Of a DNA stretch of 64,000 nt, positions 1-9,207 are shown one piece after another. A program made the translations under genes and the position numbers. Positions within the stretch are counted from its first letter, which is position 1. Each line of letters begins with the position of its first letter. The notes under the pieces were generated by a model that made no database searches, had not been told where the DNA came from, and saw only the letters and a program-made list of their open reading frames with translations. This DNA comes from an uncultured Spirochaetota bacterium. Lineage in GTDB: Bacteria > Spirochaetota > Spirochaetia > SZUA-6 > Fen-1364. The DNA lies in the NCBI GenBank assembly GCA_963753085.1, contig CAVWBF010000025.1, positions 7,676-71,675 on the forward strand. The letters run 5' to 3'.

Positions 1-972
1 GTCATTGCCGTCGGCACCCGGCTGGGCGACTTCACAACCGGCTCGCGAAACCTCTTCCGCAACCCCAAGGCCGAGATCCTCTCCATCAACGTGAACGCCT
101 TCGACGCGGCCAAGATGAACGCCGCGGTAATCGTTGCGGATGCGCGGGAAAGCCTGCGGGTGCTCACCGCGGGGCTTCGCGCCGCCGGGTGGAAATCGGG
201 ATACAAGGGCGATGTGGAGAAGGTGCGCGCGGAATGGCGTAAGGAGGAGGATCGCCTGTACACGCAGGACGACCCGGCGGGGCTGTCGCAGGTGCGTCTC
301 CTGGGCGAGCTGAACGAAAGCCTCCTGCCGCGGGATGCCATTGTCGTGGGAGCCTCGGGGAGCCTGCCCGGCGACCTTCAGCGGGTGTGGCGCACGCGAG
401 CGCTCGATTCCTACCACATGGAGTACGGCTTTTCCTGCATGGGCTACGAGATAGCTGCTGCACTGGGGGCAAAGATGGCCGCTCCCCACCGGGAGGTGTT
501 CGCCCTCGTGGGAGACGGCTCCTACGTGATGCTTCACTCGGAGCTTCTCACGGCCATCCAGGAAGGGATCAAGATCCATATCGTGGTTTTCGACAACGCG
601 GGATACCAGTGCATCGACAACCTCCAGACCAGCCAGGGGATCGTGAAGTTCGGAAATGACCTTCGCCAGCGCGACCCGGCAACGGGCAGGCTCACCGGCC
701 GCCTGATGCCGCTGGACTTCGCGAAGAACGGGGAGAGCTACGGCGCCAAGGGCTATTCGCCGAAGACGCTCGGCGAGTTCCGCGAAGCGGTGAAAAGCGC
801 GCTGGCGGGCAGCGTCTCCACGGTGATCGACGTGAAGGTGACGCAGAAGTCCATGACCCACGACTACGAATCGTGGTGGCGGGTCGGGACCGCGCAGGTT
901 TCGGAAAACCCGAAGGTCGTCGAAGCGGCAAAGAAGATCAGCAAGGAAGTAGAATCGGCGAGGAAGTTTTAG
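1..972 (+). CDS. iolD: 3D-(3,5/4)-trihydroxycyclohexane-1,2-dione acylhydrolase, ThDP-dependent (5' truncated by window edge)
   Basis: The frame is open from base 1 (VIAVGTRLGDFTTGS). IolD motifs GSLPGDL, YHMEYGFSCMGYE, the ThDP motif GDGSY...DN and C-terminal YESWWRVG are present. Lies upstream of iolE. Confidence 0.95.
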   Translation, partial: VIAVGTRLGDFTTGSRNLFRNPKAEILSINVNAFDAAKMNAAVIVADARESLRVLTAGLRAAGWKSGYKGDVEKVRAEWRKEEDRLYTQDDPAGLSQVRLLGELNESLLPRDAIVVGASGSLPGDLQRVWRTRALDSYHMEYGFSCMGYEIAAALGAKMAAPHREVFALVGDGSYVMLHSELLTAIQEGIKIHIVVFDNAGYQCIDNLQTSQGIVKFGNDLRQRDPATGRLTGRLMPLDFAKNGESYGAKGYSPKTLGEFREAVKSALAGSVSTVIDVKVTQKSMTHDYESWWRVGTAQVSENPKVVEAAKKISKEVESARKF

Positions 973-995
973 GGATATTTGGAAAGGAACGTCGG

Positions 996-1889
996 ATGAA
1001 AGACAAAAGGGTACGCCTGGCCATCGCTCCCATCGCCTGGACCAACGACGACTTGCCCGAGCTGGGGGGCGGGAACACCTTCGAGCAGTGCATTTCGGAG
1101 ATGGCCCTTGCCGGCTATGAAGGCAGCGAGGTCGGCAACAAGTATCCCCGGGACCCGGCGGTCCTCAAGCATTACCTGGACTTGCGCGGCCTCACCATCT
1201 GCAACGCCTGGTTCAGCTCCTTCCTGACGACAAAACCGTACGCGGAGGTTGAAAAGGCATTCCTCGAGCACCGGGATTTTCTTCACGCCGTGGGGGCGCG
1301 CGTCATCGGCGCCGCGGAGCAGGGGCATTCCATCCAGGGAAGGCAGGATGTCCCCGTCCTGGAGGGGAAGCCGAGCTTCAGCAGCGAGGAATGGAAGAGG
1401 CTGGCCGAGGGACTCAACCGGCTGGGCGAGCGCGCCCGCGAGAAGGGAATGATCCTGACCTACCATCACCACATGGGGACGGGGGTCCAGACGGCGACGG
1501 AGGTGGACAAGCTCATGGAAATGACTGATCCTCTGCTCCTGTCCCTCCTGTACGACACGGGGCATCTGGCGTTCTCAGGAGAGGATTATCTGGCTGTCCT
1601 GGAACGCCACGTGGGGCGGGTCCGTCACGTGCATCTGAAGGACGTGCGCCTCGACGTGCTGGACCGGGTGAAAAAGGAGCGCATGAGCTTCCTCAGGGCC
1701 GTGAAGGAAGGCGTGTTCACCGTTCCCGGCGACGGGGGACTGAACTTTGAGCCGGTGTTCAAGCTGTTGTCGAAGAAGGGCTACCAGGGCTGGTACGTCG
1801 TGGAGGCGGAGCAGGACCCGGCCAAGGCAAATCCATTCGAGTACGCGCTGAAGGCGCGCACGTTCATCCGGGAGAAAGCCGGACTGTAA
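996..1889 (+). CDS. iolE: myo-inosose-2 dehydratase
   Basis: IAPIAWTNDDLPELGG, YHHHMGT, DTGHL, HVHLKD and VVEAEQDP motifs. ATG at 996 follows an AAGGA RBS. Confidence 0.95.
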   Translation: MKDKRVRLAIAPIAWTNDDLPELGGGNTFEQCISEMALAGYEGSEVGNKYPRDPAVLKHYLDLRGLTICNAWFSSFLTTKPYAEVEKAFLEHRDFLHAVGARVIGAAEQGHSIQGRQDVPVLEGKPSFSSEEWKRLAEGLNRLGERAREKGMILTYHHHMGTGVQTATEVDKLMEMTDPLLLSLLYDTGHLAFSGEDYLAVLERHVGRVRHVHLKDVRLDVLDRVKKERMSFLRAVKEGVFTVPGDGGLNFEPVFKLLSKKGYQGWYVVEAEQDPAKANPFEYALKARTFIREKAGL

Positions 1890-1893
1890 GGAG

Positions 1894-2985
1894 ATGACCA
1901 TGAACCAGGCGGTTGAGACGCGCTTGCATGTTATGACAAGGACGACATCCTCGGTGCTCTGGAACGATTCCTGCTCCCTGCAGGAGCTTGGGGACTCCAT
2001 TCAGAACAACGGCGCCGTGGGCGCCACCTGCAATCCTGTGATCGTTCTTACTGTTCTGAAGAAGGAGTGGGCGCTCTGGAAAGACCGGGTTGCAGCGCTC
2101 ATCCAGGAGATGCCCTGTGCTTCCGAGGGCGAGATTGCGTGGCGGCTCGTGGAGGAGATGTCCATCAAGGCAGCCGGGCTCCTCAAGCCGGTCTTCGACC
2201 GTGAGAAAGGGAGGAACGGACGTCTTTCCATTCAGACGGATCCCCGGCTGTTCCGCGACCCCCGGGCCATTGTGGAGCAGGCAGAGCGCTTTGCAGCTCT
2301 TGCACCAAACATGATCGTGAAGATCCCGGCCACCCGGGCCGGCATCGAGGCAATCGAGGAGGCCACCTGGAGGGGGATCAGCATCAACGCAACGGTCAGC
2401 TTCACGCTTCCGCAGGCAATTGCGGTTGCCGAGGCAGTGGAGAGGGGGCTCAAGCGACGGGAAAAGGAGAAGAAGGACATCACCCGCATGGGGCCGGTGT
2501 GCACGCTCATGGTCGGACGCCTGGACGACTGGCTCAAGGTGGTGGCGGAAAAACAGGGCATCATCGCGGATCCCTGGGCCCTGGACTGGGCGGGGGTTGC
2601 CGTGTTCAAGAAGGCGTACCGGATCTACCGGGAAAGAGGATACCGACTTCGCCTCCTGTCAGCAGCCTTTCGAAATCACCTCCACTGGAGCGAGCTCATT
2701 GGCGGTGACGTGGTGATCTCTCCGCCGTTCGAATGGCAGAAGCGGTTTAACGATTCCACCGTCAGCGTCGAGAACCGGATCGACAGGCCTGTGGATCCTC
2801 GTACGGTCGAAGAGCTGGAGAAGCGTTTCGCGGATTTCCGTCGGTCTTTCGATGAGAAGGGCATGACCCCGGAGGAGTTCGACACTTTCGGCGCGACCCG
2901 AAGGACTCTTCGGCAGTTCTGCAAGGCGGTCGACGACCTGAGCGGCGTGATCAGGGATCAGATGGTGCCTAACCCCGACGCCTGA
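1894..2985 (+). CDS. transaldolase-family protein with atypical catalytic residues, within the iol operon
   Basis: LWNDS, GATCNP, Schiff-base VKIPAT, INATVSF and VGRLDD motifs. Starts 4 nt after the iolE stop. Confidence 0.88.
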   Translation: MTMNQAVETRLHVMTRTTSSVLWNDSCSLQELGDSIQNNGAVGATCNPVIVLTVLKKEWALWKDRVAALIQEMPCASEGEIAWRLVEEMSIKAAGLLKPVFDREKGRNGRLSIQTDPRLFRDPRAIVEQAERFAALAPNMIVKIPATRAGIEAIEEATWRGISINATVSFTLPQAIAVAEAVERGLKRREKEKKDITRMGPVCTLMVGRLDDWLKVVAEKQGIIADPWALDWAGVAVFKKAYRIYRERGYRLRLLSAAFRNHLHWSELIGGDVVISPPFEWQKRFNDSTVSVENRIDRPVDPRTVEELEKRFADFRRSFDEKGMTPEEFDTFGATRRTLRQFCKAVDDLSGVIRDQMVPNPDA

Positions 2986-2997
2986 TTCTTTTTTCAC

Positions 2998-3028
2998 TTG
3001 ACAACTCGGGAGGGAGAGGTTTTATTAT
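2998..3028 (+). promoter_or_regulatory. sigma70-like promoter for the ABC operon
   Basis: TTGACA at 2998-3003 and TATTAT at 3023-3028 (19-nt spacer, slightly long), in an AT-rich gap. Confidence 0.5.
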
Positions 3029-3041
3029 TTCTGCATTAGGA

Positions 3042-3088
3042 GGAAGTGCTTCCGTTTTTTTTAAGCCCCACTATGCAAGCGTTTGCAT
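3042..3088. promoter_or_regulatory. two LacI/GalR-type operator-like palindromes
   Basis: GGAAGTGCTTCC (3042-3053) and ATGCAAGCGTTTGCAT (3073-3088), downstream of the promoter. Confidence 0.55.
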
Positions 3089-3121
3089 CGCAAACGCGAA
3101 AATCTTTCCGAGGAGGTGCGT

Positions 3122-4045
3122 ATGCGGAAGGTTCTAGTCTTTGCGCTAGTGGCTTTGATGGCGGCGCCGCTCATTGCGACGGCTGCGCCGAAGCTGAAGA
3201 TGGGCGTCACGATAGAAGATTTCAATGACGTTTTCATGCGGTACGCCCTGGACCAGCTGACCGCTGAGGCAACCAAGAACAACCTCGACATCATCGCGGC
3301 TGACGGGAAACGCGACCCGCAAGAGCAGCTCAAACAGGTCGAGAACTTCATCACGCAGGGCGTGGATGCCATCCTGATCCACGTCATCGACCAGACCCTT
3401 GCGCCGAACATCACGAAGGAATGCCTGGCCGCGAACATTCCCCTTGTTTACTTCAACCGCAAGCCGGATGACTCAGCGCTGGTTGCCGGCAAGGCCGTCG
3501 CAGTCGCCTCCCCCGAGGTGGTTGCAGGAAGCCTGGAGGCCGAGTTCGTGGCAAAGAAGCTGAACGGCAAGGGCAACGTCGGCATCCTGATGGGCACCAT
3601 GGGAAGCGCGCCGCAGATCGGCCGCACCCAGGGGTCCAAAGATGTGCTGGCGAAATACCCAGGCATCAAGGTGGTGCGTGAGCAGACTGCCAACTTCCAG
3701 AGGCCCGAAGCGCTCACGGTGGTTGAGAACTGGCTGGCCGGCGACGTGAAGCTCGACGCGATCATCGCCAACAACGACGAGATGGCCCTCGGCGCAGTGC
3801 TGGTCCTCGAAGAGAAGCACATGAAGGACAAGGTGATCGTGACCGGTGTTGATGCGACCTCGGACGCCTTGAAGTTCATCGCAGACAAGCGGCTCGACAT
3901 GACCGTGTTCCAGAACGGTGGAGCGCAGGGCCGCGGAGCTGTTCAGACCGCCTTGAAGCTGATCAAGCATCAGATGGTCCCCACGTTCACCGCAATCCCC
4001 TTCGAACCGGTGACGTACGACAACTACAAGAAGTACCTGAAGTAG
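3122..4045 (+). CDS. sugar (probably inositol) ABC transporter substrate-binding protein, CUT2/RbsB family
   Basis: Signal peptide MRKVLVFALVALMAAPLIATA; QVENFITQGVDAI, ANNDEMALGA and GVDAT motifs; AGGAGG RBS. Confidence 0.9.
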   Translation: MRKVLVFALVALMAAPLIATAAPKLKMGVTIEDFNDVFMRYALDQLTAEATKNNLDIIAADGKRDPQEQLKQVENFITQGVDAILIHVIDQTLAPNITKECLAANIPLVYFNRKPDDSALVAGKAVAVASPEVVAGSLEAEFVAKKLNGKGNVGILMGTMGSAPQIGRTQGSKDVLAKYPGIKVVREQTANFQRPEALTVVENWLAGDVKLDAIIANNDEMALGAVLVLEEKHMKDKVIVTGVDATSDALKFIADKRLDMTVFQNGGAQGRGAVQTALKLIKHQMVPTFTAIPFEPVTYDNYKKYLK

Positions 4046-4057
4046 GGTAGAATACGG

Positions 4058-4086
4058 CAGGGGCCGGATGAAAAGTCCGGCCCCTG
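4058..4086 (+). terminator. stem-loop after the SBP gene (mRNA stabiliser or partial terminator)
   Basis: Perfect 11-bp stem CAGGGGCCGGA/TCCGGCCCCTG with a 7-nt loop. Confidence 0.6.
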
Positions 4087-4127
4087 GATTTGTCCTCACG
4101 ACTTCCTCTGCAAGGAGCGAGCGCGCT

Positions 4128-5648
4128 GTGAGCGAGTTCATCCTGGAAATGGAAGGCATTCATAAAAGCTTCCCCGGCGTGCATGCGCTGAACGGTGTTC
4201 AGCTCCACGTGCGCCCGGGTACGGTCCACGGCGTCATGGGGGAGAACGGTGCCGGCAAATCCACCCTCATGAAAGTGGCAATCGGCCTGTACAGGCCGGA
4301 TTCCGGTACCCTCAAGCTCCGCGGCCAGCCGGTGAGCTTCGAGAACGTCCATGATGCCCTGACGCGGGGCATCTCCATGATCCACCAGGAAATGAGCCCG
4401 CTTCCCTACATGACCGTGGCTCAGAATATCTTTCTGGGCCGTGAGATCAAGAACCGCCTGGGCCTGATCGATCACCGCGCCATCGACCGTGAATCAGAGG
4501 GGATACTCAAAGAGCTGAAAGTCAATCTCACCCCCCGGCAGATCATGGGGAGGCTCAGCGTTGCCCAGATGCAGTTGGTGGAGATAGCGGAAGCAGTCTC
4601 CCGCAAAGCGGACCTCATCATCATGGACGAGCCGTCCTCTGCCCTGACTGAAAAGGAAGTCGGGCACCTGTTCTCCATCATCAAGGACCTGAAGCAGCGC
4701 GGCGTGGCAGTCATCTATATCACGCACAAGATGGACGAGGTTTTCGCCATTACTGACGAGGTGAGTGTCTACCGGGACGGGGAGTTCGTTGGCCGGGAGG
4801 ACAGCGTGAACCTCACCCGGGAGAAGCTGATCAAGATGATGGTGGGCCGAACCATTGATCAGTTCTTCCAGAAGGAAAAAGCGGAGGTCGGCAAGCCCGT
4901 CCTGGAGGTGGAAGGGCTCACGCGGCGCGGTTATTTCCATGACATCAGCTTTTCCGTGAAGGAAGGAGAGATCCTGGGGGTGGCGGGGCTGATCGGTGCG
5001 GGCAGGACCGAGGTGATGGAGTCGATGTTCGGCGTCACTCCCAAGCAGGCCGGCGTCGTGAAGGTTCTCGGGAAGCCGGTGAAGATCGAGACCCCGTATG
5101 ACGCCATCCGGCACGGGATGGCCTTCCTCACAGAAGACAGGAAGAGAAGCGGGCTGTACCTGAACCTGTCGGTGCGTGACAACATCACCATGCCGAGCCT
5201 GCGCAACAACCTGAACGCTCTTTTCATCAAGCACCGCGCGCTTCGAAAGCTCTGCGACGACGCCGTGGGTACGCTGCGGATCAAGACGCCCAGCCTGGAT
5301 CAGCTGGTGATGTTCCTGAGCGGCGGCAACCAGCAGAAAGTCCTCGTGTCGCGCTGGCTCGCCACCGTCCCGCGCCTCCTGATCCTGGACGAGCCGACGC
5401 GCGGGATCGATGTTGCGACGAAGAGCGAGATCTACCGGATCATGTCCAACCTCGCGAAGGAGGGGAAGGCAATCATCCTCATCTCCTCGGAAATGCCCGA
5501 GATCCTCGCGATGTCGGACAGGATCATGGTCATGCACGAGGGGCGGAAGGTCGGAGAGATCAGTCAGGCCGAGGCCACGCAGGAGAAGATCCTCCACATG
5601 GCCACCGGGGAGCCGCTGAGCACGTTCAAGGAAGTCCACTACTATTAG
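4128..5648 (+). CDS. sugar ABC transporter ATP-binding protein (RbsA/MglA type, two NBDs)
   Basis: GENGAGKST, MDEPSS, LSGGNQQK and LDEPTRGID motifs. GTG start after AAGGAG. Confidence 0.93.
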   Translation: MSEFILEMEGIHKSFPGVHALNGVQLHVRPGTVHGVMGENGAGKSTLMKVAIGLYRPDSGTLKLRGQPVSFENVHDALTRGISMIHQEMSPLPYMTVAQNIFLGREIKNRLGLIDHRAIDRESEGILKELKVNLTPRQIMGRLSVAQMQLVEIAEAVSRKADLIIMDEPSSALTEKEVGHLFSIIKDLKQRGVAVIYITHKMDEVFAITDEVSVYRDGEFVGREDSVNLTREKLIKMMVGRTIDQFFQKEKAEVGKPVLEVEGLTRRGYFHDISFSVKEGEILGVAGLIGAGRTEVMESMFGVTPKQAGVVKVLGKPVKIETPYDAIRHGMAFLTEDRKRSGLYLNLSVRDNITMPSLRNNLNALFIKHRALRKLCDDAVGTLRIKTPSLDQLVMFLSGGNQQKVLVSRWLATVPRLLILDEPTRGIDVATKSEIYRIMSNLAKEGKAIILISSEMPEILAMSDRIMVMHEGRKVGEISQAEATQEKILHMATGEPLSTFKEVHYY

Positions 5649-5668
5649 CCCACGACGGGAGGCATGCT

Positions 5669-6679
5669 GTGATTGAGGCAGTCAAAATAGCACCAAGAAG
5701 GGAATCCCGCGTCCTGTCGCTCATGAGCAAATACAGCATCCTGCTGATCCTCGTGGGACTCTGCATCGTGATCGCAATCCTTTCCGGCGGGCTGTTCCTT
5801 CGGATCAACAACCTCCTGAACGTTCTGCGCCAGATCAGCGTCATCGGCATCATCGCCCTGGGCGTCACCATGTGTATCATCACCGCGGGGATCGATCTTT
5901 CCTCGGGCGCGGTGGTGGCCGCTGTCGCGGTGGCCGTGGCCAGCCTCATGCAGAGCGCGGACGCGATGGACCGCTTGTTCACGGGAGGACACCCCTGGCC
6001 GATCATTCCCGTGCTCCTCATCGGCCTGGCGGTCGGAGCCGCAATCGGCTTCGTCAATGGCAGCATGATTGCCTGGCTAAGGATCCCTCCCTTTATCGCC
6101 ACCCTTGGAATGATGACTTTTGCGCGTGGGTGGGCATTCATCTACTCGCAGGGACGACCCCGCGGCAGCCTGATTGACGGGTTCCAGGCCATCGGGCAGG
6201 GCGATGTCCTGGGCGTCCCCAACCCCGCCATCGTGCTTATTGTCTGCGTGGTGATCACCTACGTGATTCTCCAGCACACCCTGTGGGGACGCTACACGTA
6301 TGCCCTGGGAAGCAACCTGCAGGCAGCCGTCGTCTCGGGGATCAAGACCAACCGCTACCTCATCCTCGTCTACACGTATGCTGGCTTCCTGGCAGGGGTA
6401 GCGGCAATCGTTCTGACCGCAAGGATCGGCTCCGGTCAGCCGGGGCTCGGCCTGGGCTACGAGCTTGATGCCATTGCGGCCTCGGTCATCGGCGGCACGA
6501 GCCTCGCCGGAGGTCTGGGGAGCGCCGGCGGCACGCTGATCGGCGCGCTCATTATCGGCGTCATGAAGAACGGGCTGGACCTCCTGAACGTCTCAGCGGA
6601 TTTCCAGCAGGTGGCGCGCGCCATCATCATCGTGGTGGCGGTGACCATCGACGTGCGAAAGAACGTCAGAAGGAACTAA
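5669..6679 (+). CDS. sugar ABC transporter permease (RbsC family)
   Basis: GIDLSSG, IPPFIATLGMM and YELDAIAASVIGGTS motifs; hydrophobic. Confidence 0.93.
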   Translation: MIEAVKIAPRRESRVLSLMSKYSILLILVGLCIVIAILSGGLFLRINNLLNVLRQISVIGIIALGVTMCIITAGIDLSSGAVVAAVAVAVASLMQSADAMDRLFTGGHPWPIIPVLLIGLAVGAAIGFVNGSMIAWLRIPPFIATLGMMTFARGWAFIYSQGRPRGSLIDGFQAIGQGDVLGVPNPAIVLIVCVVITYVILQHTLWGRYTYALGSNLQAAVVSGIKTNRYLILVYTYAGFLAGVAAIVLTARIGSGQPGLGLGYELDAIAASVIGGTSLAGGLGSAGGTLIGALIIGVMKNGLDLLNVSADFQQVARAIIIVVAVTIDVRKNVRRN

Positions 6680-6680
6680 C

Positions 6681-7517
6681 CTACTCCCCGAGATACGTCA
6701 TACTCGCCTTGAGCGCGGAGGCCAGCTCGCTGTGGCCCAGGCGCTGCACTTCCGCGGCAAACGGCTCGAAGGAGATGTCCCCCTTGTACCCCAGCCGGTC
6801 GTGGTGGGCTATCTGCGCCTTGCAGAACGTGTGGTCTTTCGGTCCCGGAAGCACGCGGTGCTCGTCGCGATACTTCTCTTTTGCGATTCCTGAGTCGACT
6901 CCCGATACATGGATGAGGCCGGTGCTTGCCACCTCGTAATGCGGCCCGATGTCATTCTCCGTGTCCGGCCCCAGGTAGTGGTGGAACGTGTCATACACGG
7001 TGCGATAGCAGCTGAGGCCCGAGCTCCTGATTGTCTCCACCGCGACGAGGATGGATGCAAGGGAGGACTCCGGGAAGCCCAACGGCTCGACCAGTCCCAG
7101 GATTCCCTTCTTCATGAAAGAGGGCCCGAACGCCTTCAAGGCATCCACGGTTTCCGAAACCTTTGCCCTGGCGTCACGCGTGTCCGCGGTGTCGTTGTTG
7201 GGGCAGAGCACCACCGCGGGGCACTGGATCTCCGCCGCGATGTCGAGGAGCCTTTCCAGGTCGTCTGAAGCCTTCTGCCGGGCCGTCTTCAGGTTGAACT
7301 TCTGCACGGCGTTGATCGAGATGACCTTGATCCCGCTTGCTTTCGCCAACGCCAAGGCACGGGAGCCGGAGAGACCGTCAATGACCTGAACGCCGGGAAG
7401 ATCGTTTCGAAGCTCGACCTTTGAAAGGCCTAGATCAGCTGTAAACCGGAAGAAATCCTCGAGCCCCAGCGACGGGCACGTGATCCTGTTCACGGCGAAT
7501 CGACGCTTTTCGATCAT
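6681..7517 (-). CDS. xylose-isomerase-like TIM barrel protein, IolI-like (putative 2-keto-myo-inositol isomerase)
   Basis: VELRNDL, ISINAVQKFN, LVEPLGF, DTFHH, IHVSG and SFEPFA motifs. CAGGAGG RBS before the ATG at 7517; iol context. Confidence 0.8.
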   Translation of the reverse strand: MIEKRRFAVNRITCPSLGLEDFFRFTADLGLSKVELRNDLPGVQVIDGLSGSRALALAKASGIKVISINAVQKFNLKTARQKASDDLERLLDIAAEIQCPAVVLCPNNDTADTRDARAKVSETVDALKAFGPSFMKKGILGLVEPLGFPESSLASILVAVETIRSSGLSCYRTVYDTFHHYLGPDTENDIGPHYEVASTGLIHVSGVDSGIAKEKYRDEHRVLPGPKDHTFCKAQIAHHDRLGYKGDISFEPFAAEVQRLGHSELASALKASMTYLGE

Positions 7518-7646
7518 GGCGGGCCTCCTGTTCTTTTGCCACAACCTTACCACTGTGAGTATATTTCTTCTACCACGTCGTGTGAGCCCGCCCATGCCGC
7601 AGACAGCCACAAAGACAACGCGGCTTCCTAAGCAAGGAGGATCGAC

Positions 7647-9170
7647 ATGATAACAGCTGTCGAGCCGAAGCAACTGAAATACTGGGTCGGTGGAGAGTGG
7701 AAGACCTCGAACACCGACCATTACATGGACTGCTATGACCCCTCCATAGGAGAGGTCGTAGCGCGCACTCCCCAGTGCACACCTGAGGAAGTCCGGGCGG
7801 CAATTGCCGCAGCCAAGGCGGCTTTTCCGGCCTGGGCGGACACGCCTCCCAGCAAGCGGGCGCAGGTGCTCTTCCGGATGAAAAGCATCCTCGACCGCCA
7901 CGTGGATGAGCTTACGCACCTGGTTGCCGAGGAGCACGGCAAGGTCTGGGACGAGGCCATGGGGGACGTGCTCAAGGTCATCGAAGTGGTGGAGTACGCT
8001 GCGGGGGTGCCCCACCTCCTCAAGGGCCCCGCCATCATGAACGCCACCCCCGGGTACGACACGACACAATACATTGAGCCCCTCGGGGTGTTCGCGGGAA
8101 TCTCCCCGTGGAACTTCCCGGCGATGATCCCCATGGGGTGGATGGCTCCGCTGTGCATTGCGACGGGCAATACCATGGTGCTCAAGGCGGCAAGCTTCGT
8201 CCCGAGGTCCTCCATGCGCATCATGGAGCTTTGGCAGGAGGCCGGCCTTCCCCCCGGCGTGCTGAACCTCGTGACCTGCTCGAGGGCGGAGGCAGAGATC
8301 CTCCTCACCCACCCGGACGTGATGGGAATCTCCTTTGTCGGTTCAACATCTGTGGGCAAGCACATCTACGCGACGGCTGCCGCCAACGGAAAGCGCGTGC
8401 AGGCGCTCACCGAGGCAAAGAACCACGCACTCGTCATGAGGGATGCCCCCCTGGAGCGCACGGCCAAGGGGATCGTGAACTCTGCCTGCGGGTGCGCGGG
8501 GGAGAGGTGCATGGCCCTCCCCGTGGCCGTGGTGGAAGATGCGATTGCAGATCAGCTCATCGAGGCGCTCGTGAAAGTGATGGAAGGCCTCAAGATCGGG
8601 CCGGCGTACGACAAGACAAGCCAGCTCGGTCCGCTGGTCAACGCGGATCATCGCGCAAGTGTCATTTCCTGGATCCAGAAAGGAATCGAAGAAGGCGCGG
8701 AGATGGTTCTCGACGGCCGTGACGTCTCCGTCCGCGGCTTCGAGAAGGGATTCTACCTGGGGCCAACGCTCTTCGATCACGTGAAGAAGGGCATGAGCGT
8801 CGGGGACCGCGAGATCTTCGGTCCGGTGCTCTGCATCAAGCGGGTGAAAAGCTTCGACGAGGGCGTCGAGCTGATGAACGAGAGCGAGTTCGGGAACGGG
8901 AGCGTGATCTACACGCAGAGCGGCTACTATGCCAGGGAGTTCAGCCGCCGCTCCCACGCCGGCATGGTCGGGGTGAATGTGGGCATTCCCGTTCCCCTTG
9001 CGATGTTCGGTTTCACCGGGCACAAGGCCTCGTTCTTCGGCGACCTTCACACCATGGGAACGGACGGGGTGCGGTTCTACACCGAGCTGAAGAGCGTCAC
9101 CTCGCACTGGTTCTCCGAGAAGGAAGGGCGCGAGGGTCGGGTCCGCAACAGCTGGGACGGAATGATCTGA
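7647..9170 (+). CDS. iolA: CoA-acylating (methyl)malonate-semialdehyde dehydrogenase
   Basis: PWNFPAMIP, SFVGST, EAKNHA, GERCMA, EIFGPVL and GMVGVNVGIPVP motifs; AAGGAGG RBS. Confidence 0.93.
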   Translation: MITAVEPKQLKYWVGGEWKTSNTDHYMDCYDPSIGEVVARTPQCTPEEVRAAIAAAKAAFPAWADTPPSKRAQVLFRMKSILDRHVDELTHLVAEEHGKVWDEAMGDVLKVIEVVEYAAGVPHLLKGPAIMNATPGYDTTQYIEPLGVFAGISPWNFPAMIPMGWMAPLCIATGNTMVLKAASFVPRSSMRIMELWQEAGLPPGVLNLVTCSRAEAEILLTHPDVMGISFVGSTSVGKHIYATAAANGKRVQALTEAKNHALVMRDAPLERTAKGIVNSACGCAGERCMALPVAVVEDAIADQLIEALVKVMEGLKIGPAYDKTSQLGPLVNADHRASVISWIQKGIEEGAEMVLDGRDVSVRGFEKGFYLGPTLFDHVKKGMSVGDREIFGPVLCIKRVKSFDEGVELMNESEFGNGSVIYTQSGYYAREFSRRSHAGMVGVNVGIPVPLAMFGFTGHKASFFGDLHTMGTDGVRFYTELKSVTSHWFSEKEGREGRVRNSWDGMI

Positions 9171-9207
9171 AGCCAGGGGGCCGCACCTCATGAAAACGTC
9201 GAAAGCT

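Noticed and set aside
6681-8312. 543-aa minus ORF suggesting a large fusion protein
   Set aside because: The first 265 codons are mostly antisense to iolA. The real gene starts at 7517 with a good RBS.
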